Shown: positions 11,451-24,218 of the stretch, one piece after another
Layout: each line of letters begins with the position of its first letter
How positions within the stretch are numbered: the stretch's first letter is position 1
From: Octopus bimaculoides
Taxonomy: Eukaryota
Direction of reading: 5' to 3'
NCBI RefSeq assembly: GCF_001194135.2
Contig: NC_068983.1
Coordinates: 78,948,634 to 78,990,951 of the forward strand
Length of the DNA: 42,318 bases
The notes under the pieces: model-generated
Seen by the model: only the letters and a program-made list of their open reading frames with translations
Databases searched by the model: none
What the model was told of the DNA's origin: nothing
Translations under genes and position numbers: made by a program

Positions 11451-12699
11451 ATACCTTAAAATTTCAAACAAATTTATTTTAGTATGGGGTAGGACCACCT
11501 TTGGCAGTAATTACAGCTTGAATTCTATGAGGTATGGACTCATACAAAGTTTAAATTGTTTCCAAAGAAATTTTTGTCCATTCTTCAGCTAAAACAATCC
11601 CCAGTTCTTGTAGTGATGATGGTGGAGAATATCGATTCCTTACTTGTTTTTCTAAAATGTACCATAAATGTTCAATAATATTGAGATCTGGGTACTGTGA
11701 TGGCCAGATAAGATGTTCAACTTCACTAGAACGTTCCTCATGCCATTCAGTAACAACTTTAGCTGTGTGTATTGGTGCATTATCATCTTGAAAGATTTCG
11801 TTTCCCTCTGGAAACAGTTCTGCAACCAAAGGATGAATTTGATCAGATAAAATGCTTAAATAGACTTGACTATTAATTCTACCATGAAGGGAAACCGTTG
11901 GGCCTGTGGATTTCCAAGATAAAGCCCCTACCAGATCATCACAGATCTTCCTCCATGTTTAACAGTTGGAAGAAGGCAGTCTGGGTCAAATACTTCTTTT
12001 GGCTGTCTCCACACGTATACTCAGCCGGTGGTTAGAAATAAGGTAAAGGATGACTCGTCCAAAAAAATACCATTCTTCCACTGCTCTAGAGACCAATTCC
12101 GTAGGTTTTTACTCCACTCTAAACGGTTTGCAACGTTTGTTTATGAAAGTAGTGGTTTTCTGATTGCAGCCCTACCATGAAATCTGGCTTTGTGCAGCTC
12201 CTTGTAAACAGTTTTTTCAGAAACTGGGTTCTCGAGGTGGTCATTAAGCTCTGCAGTAATTTTGGGAGCTGTACTTTTGTGATCCTTTCTAACAATTCGC
12301 ATAAGAGTCTGACAGTCCCTATCCGAAAGTTTTGATTTTCTTCCGGAATTTTGTTTCGACAAGGAGGCTTTTCCCTCTTTCTCAAAGGCTGTCATTACTT
12401 TCAAGACAGTATTTCTTGATACATCAAACATTTCAGCTATTTTCGTTATGCTAGCACCTACCATACAAGCATCAGCAATTTTCCCTCTTTGAAAGTTTGA
12501 TAGATCGGTCATTTTAATGAATTTTAATTACCTTTAACTGATGATATCTGAAAAGAAACAGCAATTTTAGCAAAACATATTAAGCAGGACTAATAATAAA
12601 TCAAAAAACAAAAATAAACCAGCTTTTGATGGTTTTATAGATATTTCAAAATTATGATGCTATGATGCTAGGTGTTTCCATAATTTTATCCAACCCCTG
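11451..12699 (-). mobile_element. Tc1 (DD34E) transposon remnant, left TIR truncated
   Basis: Minus ORFs read MTDLSNFQRGKIADAC...NSGRKSKLSDRD...GRAAIRKPLL, DESSFTL, TVKHGG, FQDDNAPIHT...PDLNIIEHLW and AKGGPTPY*. The right TIR is CAGGGGTTGGATAAAATTATGGAAACACCT (ends 12699). Only its inner end (atacct) survives at 11451. Confidence 0.93.
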
Positions 12700-13320
12700 A
12701 ATATAAATCTACACAAATACATATATCCATGCCCACTCATCCATGTATAGATCCAGAAGAAGAAGCTTCCATAAGATCACTTGACAATGAAGAATAGTAG
12801 CTAAATCTCTCCTATACTCTAAAATTGTTCACTTTTAGTAAAACAGTATTTTATTGACAAACTACAAAACGGCTTCCAGTAATTGTTTCTCTTCTTCAAA
12901 CTAGTAATTAGAATTCTGAATATTTTACAATCAGTGACCAAGTTTACTTCAGAAAAAGAAAGAAAATTCTTTTGAAACAGCAAGATAAATTATATTGAAT
13001 ATCATGTCTACTCTTTCAAAGATATCCATAAAAATTCAGGACTTCAGAATTACTTTCTACAATTTCCTGTTTCTGTAATAAAGCTTCTTGTGAAATTATC
13101 CAAAAGCAGTTCAAATATTTAATACATGTAACTGGATAAAATAAATTCTTATGACTATGTTTTTCTGATATTGTCATTAAGTTTACACAGTAGATGATAT
13201 ATTTTTGCTTCACAAAAACTTTTACAAATTCAATTTCTAAAATACATTCTGTTAGTTTGGAGTATCACTATTTCCATAAAATTCCTTTATTTAGATAGCC
13301 TGTGAGTTATGCTTCAGCAA

Positions 13321-13443
<123 letters not shown>

Positions 13444-13745
13444 NNNNNNNNNNNNNNNNNNNNNNNNNNNNNNNNNNNNNNNNNNNNNNNNNNNNNNNNN
13501 NNNNNNNNNNNNNNNNNNNNNNNNNNNNNNNNNNNNNNNNNNNNNNNNNNNNNNNNNNNNNNNNNNNNNNNNNNNNNNNNNNNNNNNNNNNNNNNNNNNN
13601 NNNNNNNNNNNNNNNNNNNNNNNNNNNNNNNNNNNNNNNNNNNNNNNNNNNNNNNNNNNNNNNNNNNNNNNNNNNNNNNNNNNNNNNNNNNNNNNNNNNN
13701 NNNNNNNNNNNNNNNNNNNNNNNNNNNNNNNNNNNNNNNNNNNNN

Positions 13746-13777
<32 letters not shown>

Positions 13778-14511
13778 GTATGGTGGTGGTCTACTCCTTA
13801 TGCAAAGTTTGACCAACTCCTGTACCTACACCTTAGAACCATCATGGCATCTCATGTGGTTTTTTAAACCAGACAATGTTTTCAAAAAGACACCCACATA
13901 CATTGCATATCCGATTTGGACCACCAACAGCTGCAGATAAGTTCTGATCTTTGTGGATCTAAAAATGTTTTTTGAAACCTCCATTAGATTTGCAAACCTT
14001 CTGGCATACATTGCATTCAAAGGTGTGCACAGACACATAGGCAGAATAATTGGTGGAGATTCATTTTCCATGGGTTCACAAATGAGATTTGAGCCCAGCA
14101 AAAGAAAGGCATAGTCTGTCATAAAGGATAAAATCATTCATGATTTAATCCGGTGGTCAGCACGAAAATAAAAAAACATTGCAAGTAAATTTTTCTAAAT
14201 ACTATATTGATAATTATATACATAATTATAACAAGGGATTGGAAACAAGACTATCCACATGCTGAAAATAGACACCAAATGACACTAAAAACCACCTTAA
14301 AAACTCCAAAAACACAGGTTGTGAATGGTAAAAGAAAAGTAATAAATCAAACTTTTAGTTAATTGTATATTAGAAATAATTTCAGGTTAAAACTAATAAA
14401 TACTTACTGTCATCATCAGCATAGATATTCCAGAGAATAAATGTACAAGTATCTACACATACTTATATGAGCAGCAACATCACACAGTAATATATATACA
14501 CACTTGCAAAA
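13778..14511 (-). mobile_element. ~730-bp dispersed repeat with an RTE-like 3' end carrying two disrupted C2H2 zinc fingers (copy 1)
   Basis: The minus strand reads FECNVCQKVCKSNGGFKKHF*IH and ICNVCGCLF/KTLSGLKNHMRCH. It ends GGAGTAGACCACCACCATAC + microsatellite and is collinear over its whole length with 36385-37116. Confidence 0.7.
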
Positions 14512-14518
14512 GTATACA

Positions 14519-14564
<46 letters not shown>

Positions 14565-14616
14565 NNNNNNNNNNNNNNNNNNNNNNNNNNNNNNNNNNNN
14601 NNNNNNNNNNNNNNNN

Positions 14617-14694
<78 letters not shown>

Positions 14695-14836
14695 TACATA
14701 TATATTCTTTTATTCTTTTATGTGTTTCATCATTTTAGTGTGACCATGCTGGAGCACTGCCTTTAGTCAAACAAATTGATCCCAGGACTTATTCTTTGTA
14801 AGTCTAGTACTTATTCTATCAGTGTCTTTTGCCAAA

Positions 14837-14879
<43 letters not shown>

Positions 14880-16343
14880 TATATATGCACATACATTTAC
14901 ACACACAAACCAAATGCAAACACATATACACATATATTTTTGTATATGTGTATGTATGTATAGTAATTATTTGTTATATCATTTATGTTTCACATTGACA
15001 ATGTTTTATAAATATTTTCTCAATAAATCATATCACTGAGTTGTGAAAATGATAACACTTAACTTTTTACGTCCATCACATTACTTTTTTAATGCAGAAT
15101 TTTTTTACATCAAAATGAAAAACTGTTTACTTGCTTTCATATTTCTGAATTTTCTCTTTTATTCTTCTTTGTTTTAACAACAGCTCAGCAGAATCATTAG
15201 TAGTATCATTAACTTACTTTTATATTGACTGTCAGCCGACAAGATAACCTTCTTGAAATAGCAGTTAACTTTCTTGAATTCACACCCAACCATCTTATAA
15301 AGTAAAAGGATACATTTGATAATATTGTTTGAGATATATTATGTCTAAAACAGATATTGAATAGTTAAGCTGGCATACCTTTGACCAAAGGTCTATGCTC
15401 AGTCAAAACTAACTTGGAGCTAACAACTACAGTGTTACTATTTCATTCTTTTGTTGTATCAATTATATTGAACAGTTGTTTTGTCTTTATATTAAGGAGA
15501 AGTTTTCTTGAAAACCTCAAGAGGGACTAATGTTGTATTAGTGGAGTAAATTAGATTTATCACCTGGTTTAATCTCATTATCTGGCATTGCCTTCAGTGA
15601 AATCTACTCTGCTGCAAACATTCCAGCCATTCTGTTTTATTTTCTTTCTCCAGTCTTGGTGTCAAGCATCTTCTTAAAGCTCCTGGACACTACCATTTCT
15701 CCCCTCATTTGGCATAAATTTTAAAAATAGGTTAAATGTTTTATAAACAGGTTTGTATGAACCACAACCATTGACTGATCAAGTCTGCTGAAAGAAATCA
15801 GAAGCAAGAAATCAATACTGTGGACTAATGTGTGTATGTATGAGTTTTGAAAAATTGTAGAGACAGATTTATAAAAAAGAAATTAGAACTGATCTGTAGT
15901 TTGTTTCACATATTCAATATTTTCTTCAAGGTTTTATATCTTTAAACAAAAATGCTCCTGTCCTTAATTGCAGGAAAGCCTTCCCTCTTATTGTTTATAG
16001 CTCAGGAAATGAAACTGATAAATTTAGACCTGAAACAATATTCAAGATCCACTACACTTCATTTCTTCATTAGATCATTGTTAATGTTCCCCCCAAAATA
16101 CACTAGTCCAGTTTCTTCCAAATTGGGTTCCGAGGAACCATAAGTTTGTATGATAAACTTCCAGAATTCAATGAGATAAAGTGATTTTTAAAGAAATTTG
16201 ATAAATGATTTCTTTTATGAAAAGATGGTAGTCCTCATTTTCAAAATAATGAATTGTGAGATAAACATCAGTAAAAACCTTTGTGCAATGCAGATGATGA
16301 GTTGAGAAAAATATGTAATGTGATATCAATAAATGAAAGCATG

Positions 16344-16525
16344 GAGAAAGATGTATTACTTTACATAGATTGTTTAATGATCCAATATTATTTCAGGACA
16401 AAATTTCATTTTCCAAATGAAAGAACAACATGATAAAGAGAAAAGATTTGTTACCTTACATAGCTTGTTTAATGATGCAATAATATTTCAGGAAAAAAAA
16501 AATTCCTTTCCCAGATAAAATGGAC
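16344..16525. repeat. Local tandem duplication, two diverged ~94-bp units
   Basis: gagaaagatgtattactttacatagattgtttaatgatccaatattatttcagg... is repeated as gagaaaagatttgttaccttacatagcttgtttaatgatgcaataatatttcagg... Confidence 0.7.
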
Positions 16526-17874
16526 TGCTAATAACATCAAATTTCTCTGAACTGCTTGGTTATTTTCTTTCTTCTCAAAGAGTTTGTAGAAATGTATTAT
16601 TGGCAGGTGACTCTATTTCAAAAGGTGAATTTTTCTCAAAATATTATTGGATTCTTAATCAACCTACGTAAGCTAATACAATATCTTTTATCTTTGTTTT
16701 GATTTGGTGACATATATTTTGCTTATCCTCACCTGCATTGCTCAAAGGATTTTGTCACCATTTATCTCATTTTCACATATTGCAATGCTTCAAACAAACT
16801 ACATTATTCTATTATAATAAAATGTTTCGTTTTAATTTGTTTTGTTATATTTTATTAATTCACTCTAAAACTATTTTTGTTTTATTTAACATCATTATTA
16901 GAGTTAAAGTGGTGGTTGTTGCCCATGAAATACAGGCATTGGTCTGGTGATTTTCGAAAAATTGTATGCAAGTTCATTGATAAAATTAGTTTGGGAACTA
17001 CTGCACTAAGCTGTCTACTTCTAATAGTGGTGAAATTGCTTGACATATGTAGTAGTTTACAATCCTTCTCTGATTCATTTCTTCATTCCTTGGCACCAGA
17101 CATTCTCAAAATAAAATTACATTCATAATTATCATTGAAATTTCGACGATGACATCGTTGTTGTCTTTATAATTTGCATAAGGATTACATCAACAACTTT
17201 ATTGCAAACACTGGCCTGGAATGTATCCAGGATGGACCTAGAGGCAGTGATGATGGACCAAGAAGTGTGGTAGGTGGACTTTGTTGTTGTGGCCCAGGTT
17301 GGAAGCTGGCCATAATAATAAAGATTACATGCTAATTCAATAAGTTTTAAAGCCTTTTTTAGTTGGTTTTCTATTAGATACCTACACATGGCATTCCTCT
17401 TAATCTTTTTAATTCTTTCTCTACGGTATACTGTGCTCGTTATTGTGTTCACATCCATCCATCCATCCACACATGCACACCCCCACGCACGCACATACAT
17501 ACATGGGTATTTATGTTTGTGTGTATATATATATATATATACGAATACAACTTTTATTTATTCACATCTCTGTTATTTTTTGTGTTTTCATTCATTTATC
17601 AGTTTATTTGATAATCTAAAATTTACCCAATCAATTTGAAAATATATTTTTTTTAATCTATATAATGATGATTATCTGAAGAACATCCAATTTTGAAAGT
17701 TTCTGAGTTTAAGCACAGCTCACAGAATGTTTTATTCACAAGTGAGTTGAAAAAATGACTAGGAAGTTTACTTTGGTATGTTTGAAGAATTAGTGAGTAT
17801 ATGAAGATATATTGAAACTGGATAATAGGAGCTCTAAATATTGATTTCAAATTTTGGTACAAAGCCAGAAAGTT

Positions 17875-18062
17875 TAGGGGAGGGGATAAACCAATTCCAT
17901 CAATCCCAGTCCTCAACTGGTACTCATTTTATTGACTCAGAAAAGATGAAAGCATAGTCAACCTCAGTGGTATTTGAACTCAAAATGTAAAGACAGACAA
18001 AATGCTGCTAAGCATTTTGCCTTTTGCCTGGCGTGCAAATGGTTTTGCCATCTCACTGCCTA
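17875..18062 (-). mobile_element. tRNA-derived SINE, third family (central gaggttgact.tgctttcatc..tt..gagtcaataaaatgagtaccag domain)
   Basis: Homologous to 34183-34395 (+) and 32395-32545 (-). The central domain resembles the conserved Nin-type SINE domain (from memory). Confidence 0.65.
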
Positions 18063-20875
18063 GGAGCTCTATTATATATTAACTATAGGCTTTGATGATA
18101 AAATGAAGATTAGCTAGAGTGTGAGTCACATTGTTATTTAAAATTGTTGAACCCATTGTTCGTAGCAAAAAGTTACAGTAATAAATACCAAAGTGAGTGT
18201 AAACTGCAATTTCAGCAAAATTTAAATAACTTCTATACAATCATATGCTTTCAAGAATCAGATTCCAATCTTGTTTGATTTGTCTGATCTTCTCAAGCTT
18301 TTTTTCTTTACTTTCATCAGCAACAAGAGAGATTGATTGATTTATGTATTTCACCATAGATGTTCTCATTCTTTTCAAACTCTCTAGCTAATTCCTTTTG
18401 TCATCTATTTCTATTTTTTGTCCAAATAACATGTCGGCCAGTTTATTCCCATTGCCTTTAGTTGAAGTCATTGTGTTGCAAGTGTTCATTCAAACCAGGT
18501 GTTCAGTCTGAGTATAACATAGTATGCTGAATAGCTGCTGTTGATGTTGCTGCATATTACAGCAACATGTACGTAATAGCTTTTTCTTCCTGCCAGTGTC
18601 AAGGGGGCCATGCAAATATCATGGGTGTTGTCCTTACACATGTGATTAAGCCATAAAAAATTATCATGTTTTATTTTAGGTAACATTATATCAACAATTG
18701 CAATCTGACATTTCGTTTGTCTATCACTTTCTCACATTTTCACAAACTAAATGTGAGAAAGTAATAGACAGAAAATAACAATGGTGATGAATATATCTGC
18801 TTTTTCATGCTGCACAGTTTTTCCAGCATCTCACAACTCAGTATAGGCCTTCATCATCTGGGACATACAACAATAGAGAAAACATTCTATTTACATGTAT
18901 AAATTGCATATTTTGCCATAGTTTTCAGTTAGATGCTCTTTCTATCCTGCCAACCAGTTTACAGAGTGGACTTGGTGCTTTTATCATTCTATATGCATTA
19001 GAAAGATCATCCACAGCAAATCTAAAATGTATCCACTAGTATACATATATCTTAATAATTCTAAATTGTTAGCATCATTTAATATGGACAGCTCTTTGAT
19101 ATACAAAGTTCTTTTTTTTCTTTTTCTTTATTACACTGCTTCTCTTAAAATGCGAGAATTAAATGTTGTTTTCTATAAATTAATATCTATAAAAAACATT
19201 ACCATAAATGCAAAAATGTTGAAAATATCATTATACTTCAAACTAAGTAGTATGATATTCCTTTTTATAATCATCATCATCATTATTATCTTCATCATCA
19301 TTATCATCATCATTGTTAGTAATGTTAGCATCATTATTATTATTATTATTATTATTGAAACTAAGATAATACTTAAAAGGGGGAAAAGTGTAGAAAGAAA
19401 ATATTTTTTTAAATTGCTTGAATTAAATAGTAATCAGGAATTTTCTATAAATTAATCCAAAAAATTATTATAGATGAGAAGCAAAATAAAAATATTTTTT
19501 CTTTAAAAACATTTTTTTCTTTAAAAACATTTTGGTTATTGAAACTAAAAGAAAAAAACAGAGCTTCCATAAAATTAGATATTGAATTTTTTTGTTAATT
19601 TTTTTCAAAAATATTTGAATATTTTTTAATTGTTGAGGAGATTTTTTTTTTAAATAAATTTCTACTCAGCTAAGTTGACAATTACCAACTATTATCAAAC
19701 ATTTAAACACTTCATTATATTTATTTCTTACTTTGCCTCAAAGCTACAAACTTATAGAAGAAGAGCATAGTCACTTGAAATGATGCCATATATTACTGGT
19801 ATTTAATTTATCAATCTCAGAGTACAAAAAGCAAAGATACACCTAAGTAGAATTTAAACTAAAATCATAGAAAGACAAAACTAAACAGTATAAGCACTGC
19901 CCATTTACTATGAACTTGTCACCTTCAACAACACATTGTATTACAGTCTTGAGTAGGCAGACAGTGCTGATCAATGATCAAAGAGAATGATTTCAGAAAT
20001 TCAATATTACCACTCTCACTTTTAAAGGTACGTTATTGTAATGGCTGATAGTTTATTATCTACGATAGAGATGCAAGGAAATATATCCTAAATCTAATGT
20101 CAGATTGGCCTGTTTAATAGTACAAAAACTCTTTCTTTCTCTCTATATAAGTATATATCTCTCACTTATGAAAAGTGGAAAGATAGTAATAGTTAATAGA
20201 TAAAATGGTTCCCACTAGATCAGTTTCAGCAAATGCAGTATTTACAAATTCTAAGTAGACAAAAGAATTCTAAGTATGGAGAACATCTGTTAGTAGCACA
20301 AGTTCGAAATGGTTTTATTATCCTCAAAATTTTAGATATTCTAAAGTGATTTTGATATGATGGGTCCAAATGTAATATGCAACTTTCACCCCTCAACCAT
20401 TCTACTCTCTTTATATCTTTCTTTGTTTCTCTTTCCATAGTTTATAGATTTCTTATGTAACATTTTGTTTATACTTTATACATATGTGAATCTTTTCCAT
20501 TAAATATGCTAACCCATGTGGCATGGCAAAATGGACATAAAACCAGTGAGAGATGAGAAGAAGATGTTAAGAATTATGACAAGAATGATAACATCAATGT
20601 CTTTTACAAAACTATGTATGATGATGATGATGAAAGGGATGATGGTGACAGTAATGATGACAGTGATGTTGAATCTTGAGTTATAGATTTCTGTTGAGAA
20701 CCACTGGCTATCAAATTCTTCATAATCATTTCCATAACCTTTTGACATATTAGAAAATAAGCCAAAAATATAACAGACTGGATAACCTCTTCTTTCCAAG
20801 GGATTAAGAATACAAGAAGTTATTTCCATAAAACAACTTAAACTGCATTGTCTCTTATAGAATTATTGGTGGTCT

Positions 20876-20911
<36 letters not shown>

Positions 20912-23034
20912 TAAATATATACACACATACACAAACAAGCACACACACATACACACACATATATACACATGCATATACAAACATACATGTACGTACACAC
21001 ACACACACATATATATATATACACCTACACACACAAGCACACACACACACATTCCAATACATACACCCTGTGGTCAGTTTATTATGTACATCTAGTAATG
21101 TATAAACTGAATACTGAGTGAATATTTAAATTATATTATATGTGATATTTACCAGACATTTTCTGCAAAGCAAATGTCAGATTTATTCATTTTCACACTA
21201 ACACCAGAAGAATTATACATTTTCTGAGAGCATATTTTGTTGGAAATGGCTTTTGTTGTGTTCTTAATTGAAAAGTATTATTTTAAAACTTACTGGGTGA
21301 GTTATATCTTTATGCTGTTAGGAATTCTCTTGAATGTACAAATGAGAATTTATAGTGTCAACTTGTATGTCGATAACATAGCATTTATGCCATGATGTGT
21401 CACAGTCATTAAAATCTTGAGAGTTCAAGAGTTAGAAAAATTATGCAGACAATATGAATATATTGTCTTATAAAGCTAAGGGTTAAAACTTTATGGTGCT
21501 ACATAAATGTTGGTGTGAATGAAACTTTTATTGCTAAATTTTATCACTGATTCTTTTATTCGTTTGCTGATAGTGTGCTACTTTTTCTTAGACTGTGGCG
21601 ATGCTGGGGCACATCCTTTATGTGCTTTTTGTCAATTACATCAACCCCAGCATATTATGTGGTACTTATTTTGTTAACCTGTATGCAAAGCAAAAGCTAC
21701 TAAGGAATGTAATCAAGACAGTTCAAAATGTGACAGGGTATTTTCATTTGTACGCATCCCACACCATTATACATGCACACAGTGGTCGACTGGGTCTAAA
21801 AATATTGGTTGCCCACCCGCAACTACAATGCTATCATTTAATTATTATTTGTTTTTTTTTCTTTTTTGTTAAAAGTATTCTTTTCAACTGTCTACAAACA
21901 CCGCCAGGCTGAAATAATTAATGCATTCTTCCAGGAGTGAATAAAATATTCTCAAACTTGAGGGGATGGGACCCTTAGATACTAACATTGGCCCCCCTAT
22001 ATGGATTCTAATGGCACAAGGGCCCACTTGCCATCGGGCAAACTAGCAGCCTGGCCAATCCACCATTGCATACACGCTTACATGCATAAATACACACACA
22101 CACATATGCAAATACAGACTCATATACACATGTGTGCATGCACACACACACACACACAACACACGCATGCATCTTTGATGATGAGGCATCATTCAAATAC
22201 TTATATTCAGAATACATTATGATTGGTTTGATCTTCAAAGACAAGGCTGATAGTTCAAAAACTTATAATTTTCTTAAAACTAAACTCATCTCAAGCATTT
22301 AAGCATTTAATGAAGGCTATGGTTTGTTAATTAAAAGATTTTATTGAGTTACTGCTATTTTTTAACACTACATTATCTCTGATCAAGCAGACCAATTACC
22401 AAATTTGATCCAACCACGACCCTATTTTTTACAATAGGCGCAGTCTATCTTGAACTACATTTTACATATGAGATTCACTTTTTAAAGATGTTATAGTGTA
22501 ATTTAATAGAGATTTTGTTGCTAATCATAACCTTTAGCACACTGATTTCCCCCTGTCACTGCATTATTTTTGAGGGAGTCAAATACATGAGCACCTACTT
22601 TTTAAAAATCTTTATTGAAAACAATGCTAAAACTGTGTATTTTAAACAATAGTCAGGATTCTTCCATAATATAAGTTTTTACAAGAGAAAGACAAAGTAA
22701 AATAAAAGTGGAAAAAAAGAAAAAGGGGAGAGAAAATAAAAGAGCAAAAGAGAAGAAAGAGTAAAAAATATGTCAATGCAGTGCCAAGTGCTTCAATTGG
22801 TCACACACTACATGGTTCAACGGAACCAACTGGAACAAGCCAGCACACTCACAGCATTACCAGGAGCACTCCACATTCCAATGGTTCTGAAATAAACTTT
22901 AAGAAGTGTTTATTTTAAGCACCCCTCTCAAGGCAACGAAATGCGCCTACAGCTACAGGGAGAAAACTTGTGGGTGACAAATTGCAACAGCAGTGTAGAG
23001 AAGGTGTCATCACATAAAGAAACGTTTTGGTTAA

Positions 23035-23254
23035 CCCTTTTGTTACCAACCTGGCTGAAACTGGCTCTGGCTCTGAGTACAAATGTCTTGTTTTCATAAG
23101 TTTTGAATTAAGATCTTCCACCAAACCTTAGTCACAATTTTTGTTCCTAACACTAGCTTAATGATAACTAAGTTATTTTACTAAATTCTTTGTTATATTT
23201 AAAGTAATTGAAAGAAACACAGAGCATCTCAAAATAAATACAGTAACGAAAGGG
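23035..23254. mobile_element. piggyBac-type MITE, 220 bp
   Basis: TTAA|CCCTTTTGTTAC ... GTAACGAAAGGG|TTAA, i.e. 12-bp TIRs (1 mismatch) with a TTAA target duplication. Confidence 0.9.
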
Positions 23255-23901
23255 TTAAGTGAAGATTTTACTAAGTTGTATGGTACGGTTTATGTTAAAT
23301 TTTCAATGTCGTTAGGGTTGTTGTTAGCTGCACATCAATTGTCTGATAAAGCAAACCTATACACTTATTCAAGGCATGATCAACTTCTCTTTACTCTATA
23401 ACACTATTTATCCTTCAATTTCTAAGATAACAGGATGTGATTTGAGAAAGATTTGGCCAACATTTCCGATGAGTTCACTCATTATATAAAGATTCTTTTA
23501 TTTTCTTGAAACTCCATTGTCTTCTGATCTTTACTTGTTTCAGTCATTAGATGGTGGCCATGTGGGGTCACCACCTTCAAGAAGTTTTAGTCAAATGAAT
23601 CAATCCCAGTACTTATTTTTTAAAAGCACGGTACTTATTCTTTTGATCTCTTTGTCAAAATACTAAGTTACATGGATGTAAACACACCAACACCAGTTCT
23701 CAAGCAGTTGTGGAGGACAAAAAGACATACAGACAAACATTTTTTTAAATATTTAGCAGAAACAACAGAGTAACTCAAAGTCTGAGAGTTTCATGCATTG
23801 GCACTTACCAAACTAGTTTGCTTCTGCTAAATATTAATAAAAACATACATATACCCATATTTTGATTTCTGATTTTCCTGTTTGCATCAACAAACACAAC
23901 A

Positions 23902-24218
23902 GGTTGCATGGCTTAGTGGTTGTGGGTGTTCGGCTCATGCTGGTAAGGTTGTGAGTTCGATTTTCAGCAGCACATTGTTTCCATGAGCAAGACACATTAT
24001 TTCACATCTCACAGTTCATTCAGCTGGCAAAAATGAGTAGTAACTGTATTTCAAAGCCTTGTCACATTCTGTGTTACACTGAATCTCCCTGAGAAACATG
24101 TGAAGGGTATGTGTGTCTGTGGAGTGCTTAGCCACTTGCACATTAATCTCACAAGCAGCCTGTTCCGTTGATCAGAGCAACTGGAACCCTCATCGTCATA
24201 AGTGATGGAGTACCAGTT
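23902..24218 (+). mobile_element. tRNA-derived SINE, second family
   Basis: gcatggcttagtggtt...gtgagttcgatt...cagttcattcagctggcaaaaatgagtag...ctggaaccctcatcgtcataagtgatggagtaccag. Collinear with 7154-7461. Confidence 0.75.

Noticed and set aside
17132-17500. 122-aa minus ORF, with an alternative P/Q-rich frame (QPGPQQQSPPTTLLGPSSLPLG)
   Set aside because: No recognisable domain or supporting splice structure, and the start lies in simple-repeat sequence.
19027-19455. 142-aa hydrophobic ORF
   Set aside because: It is AT-rich and built on an (ATC/ATT)n microsatellite.
20509-20829. 106-aa minus ORF (…KGYGNDYEEFDSQWFS…)
   Set aside because: Half of it is a (CAT)n-type repeat and I recognise no homology.
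22600-22900. Possible L1/Tx1-like 3' end on the minus strand (T-rich UTR, AATAAA, A-tail)
   Set aside because: No protein motif recovered; compositional resemblance only.
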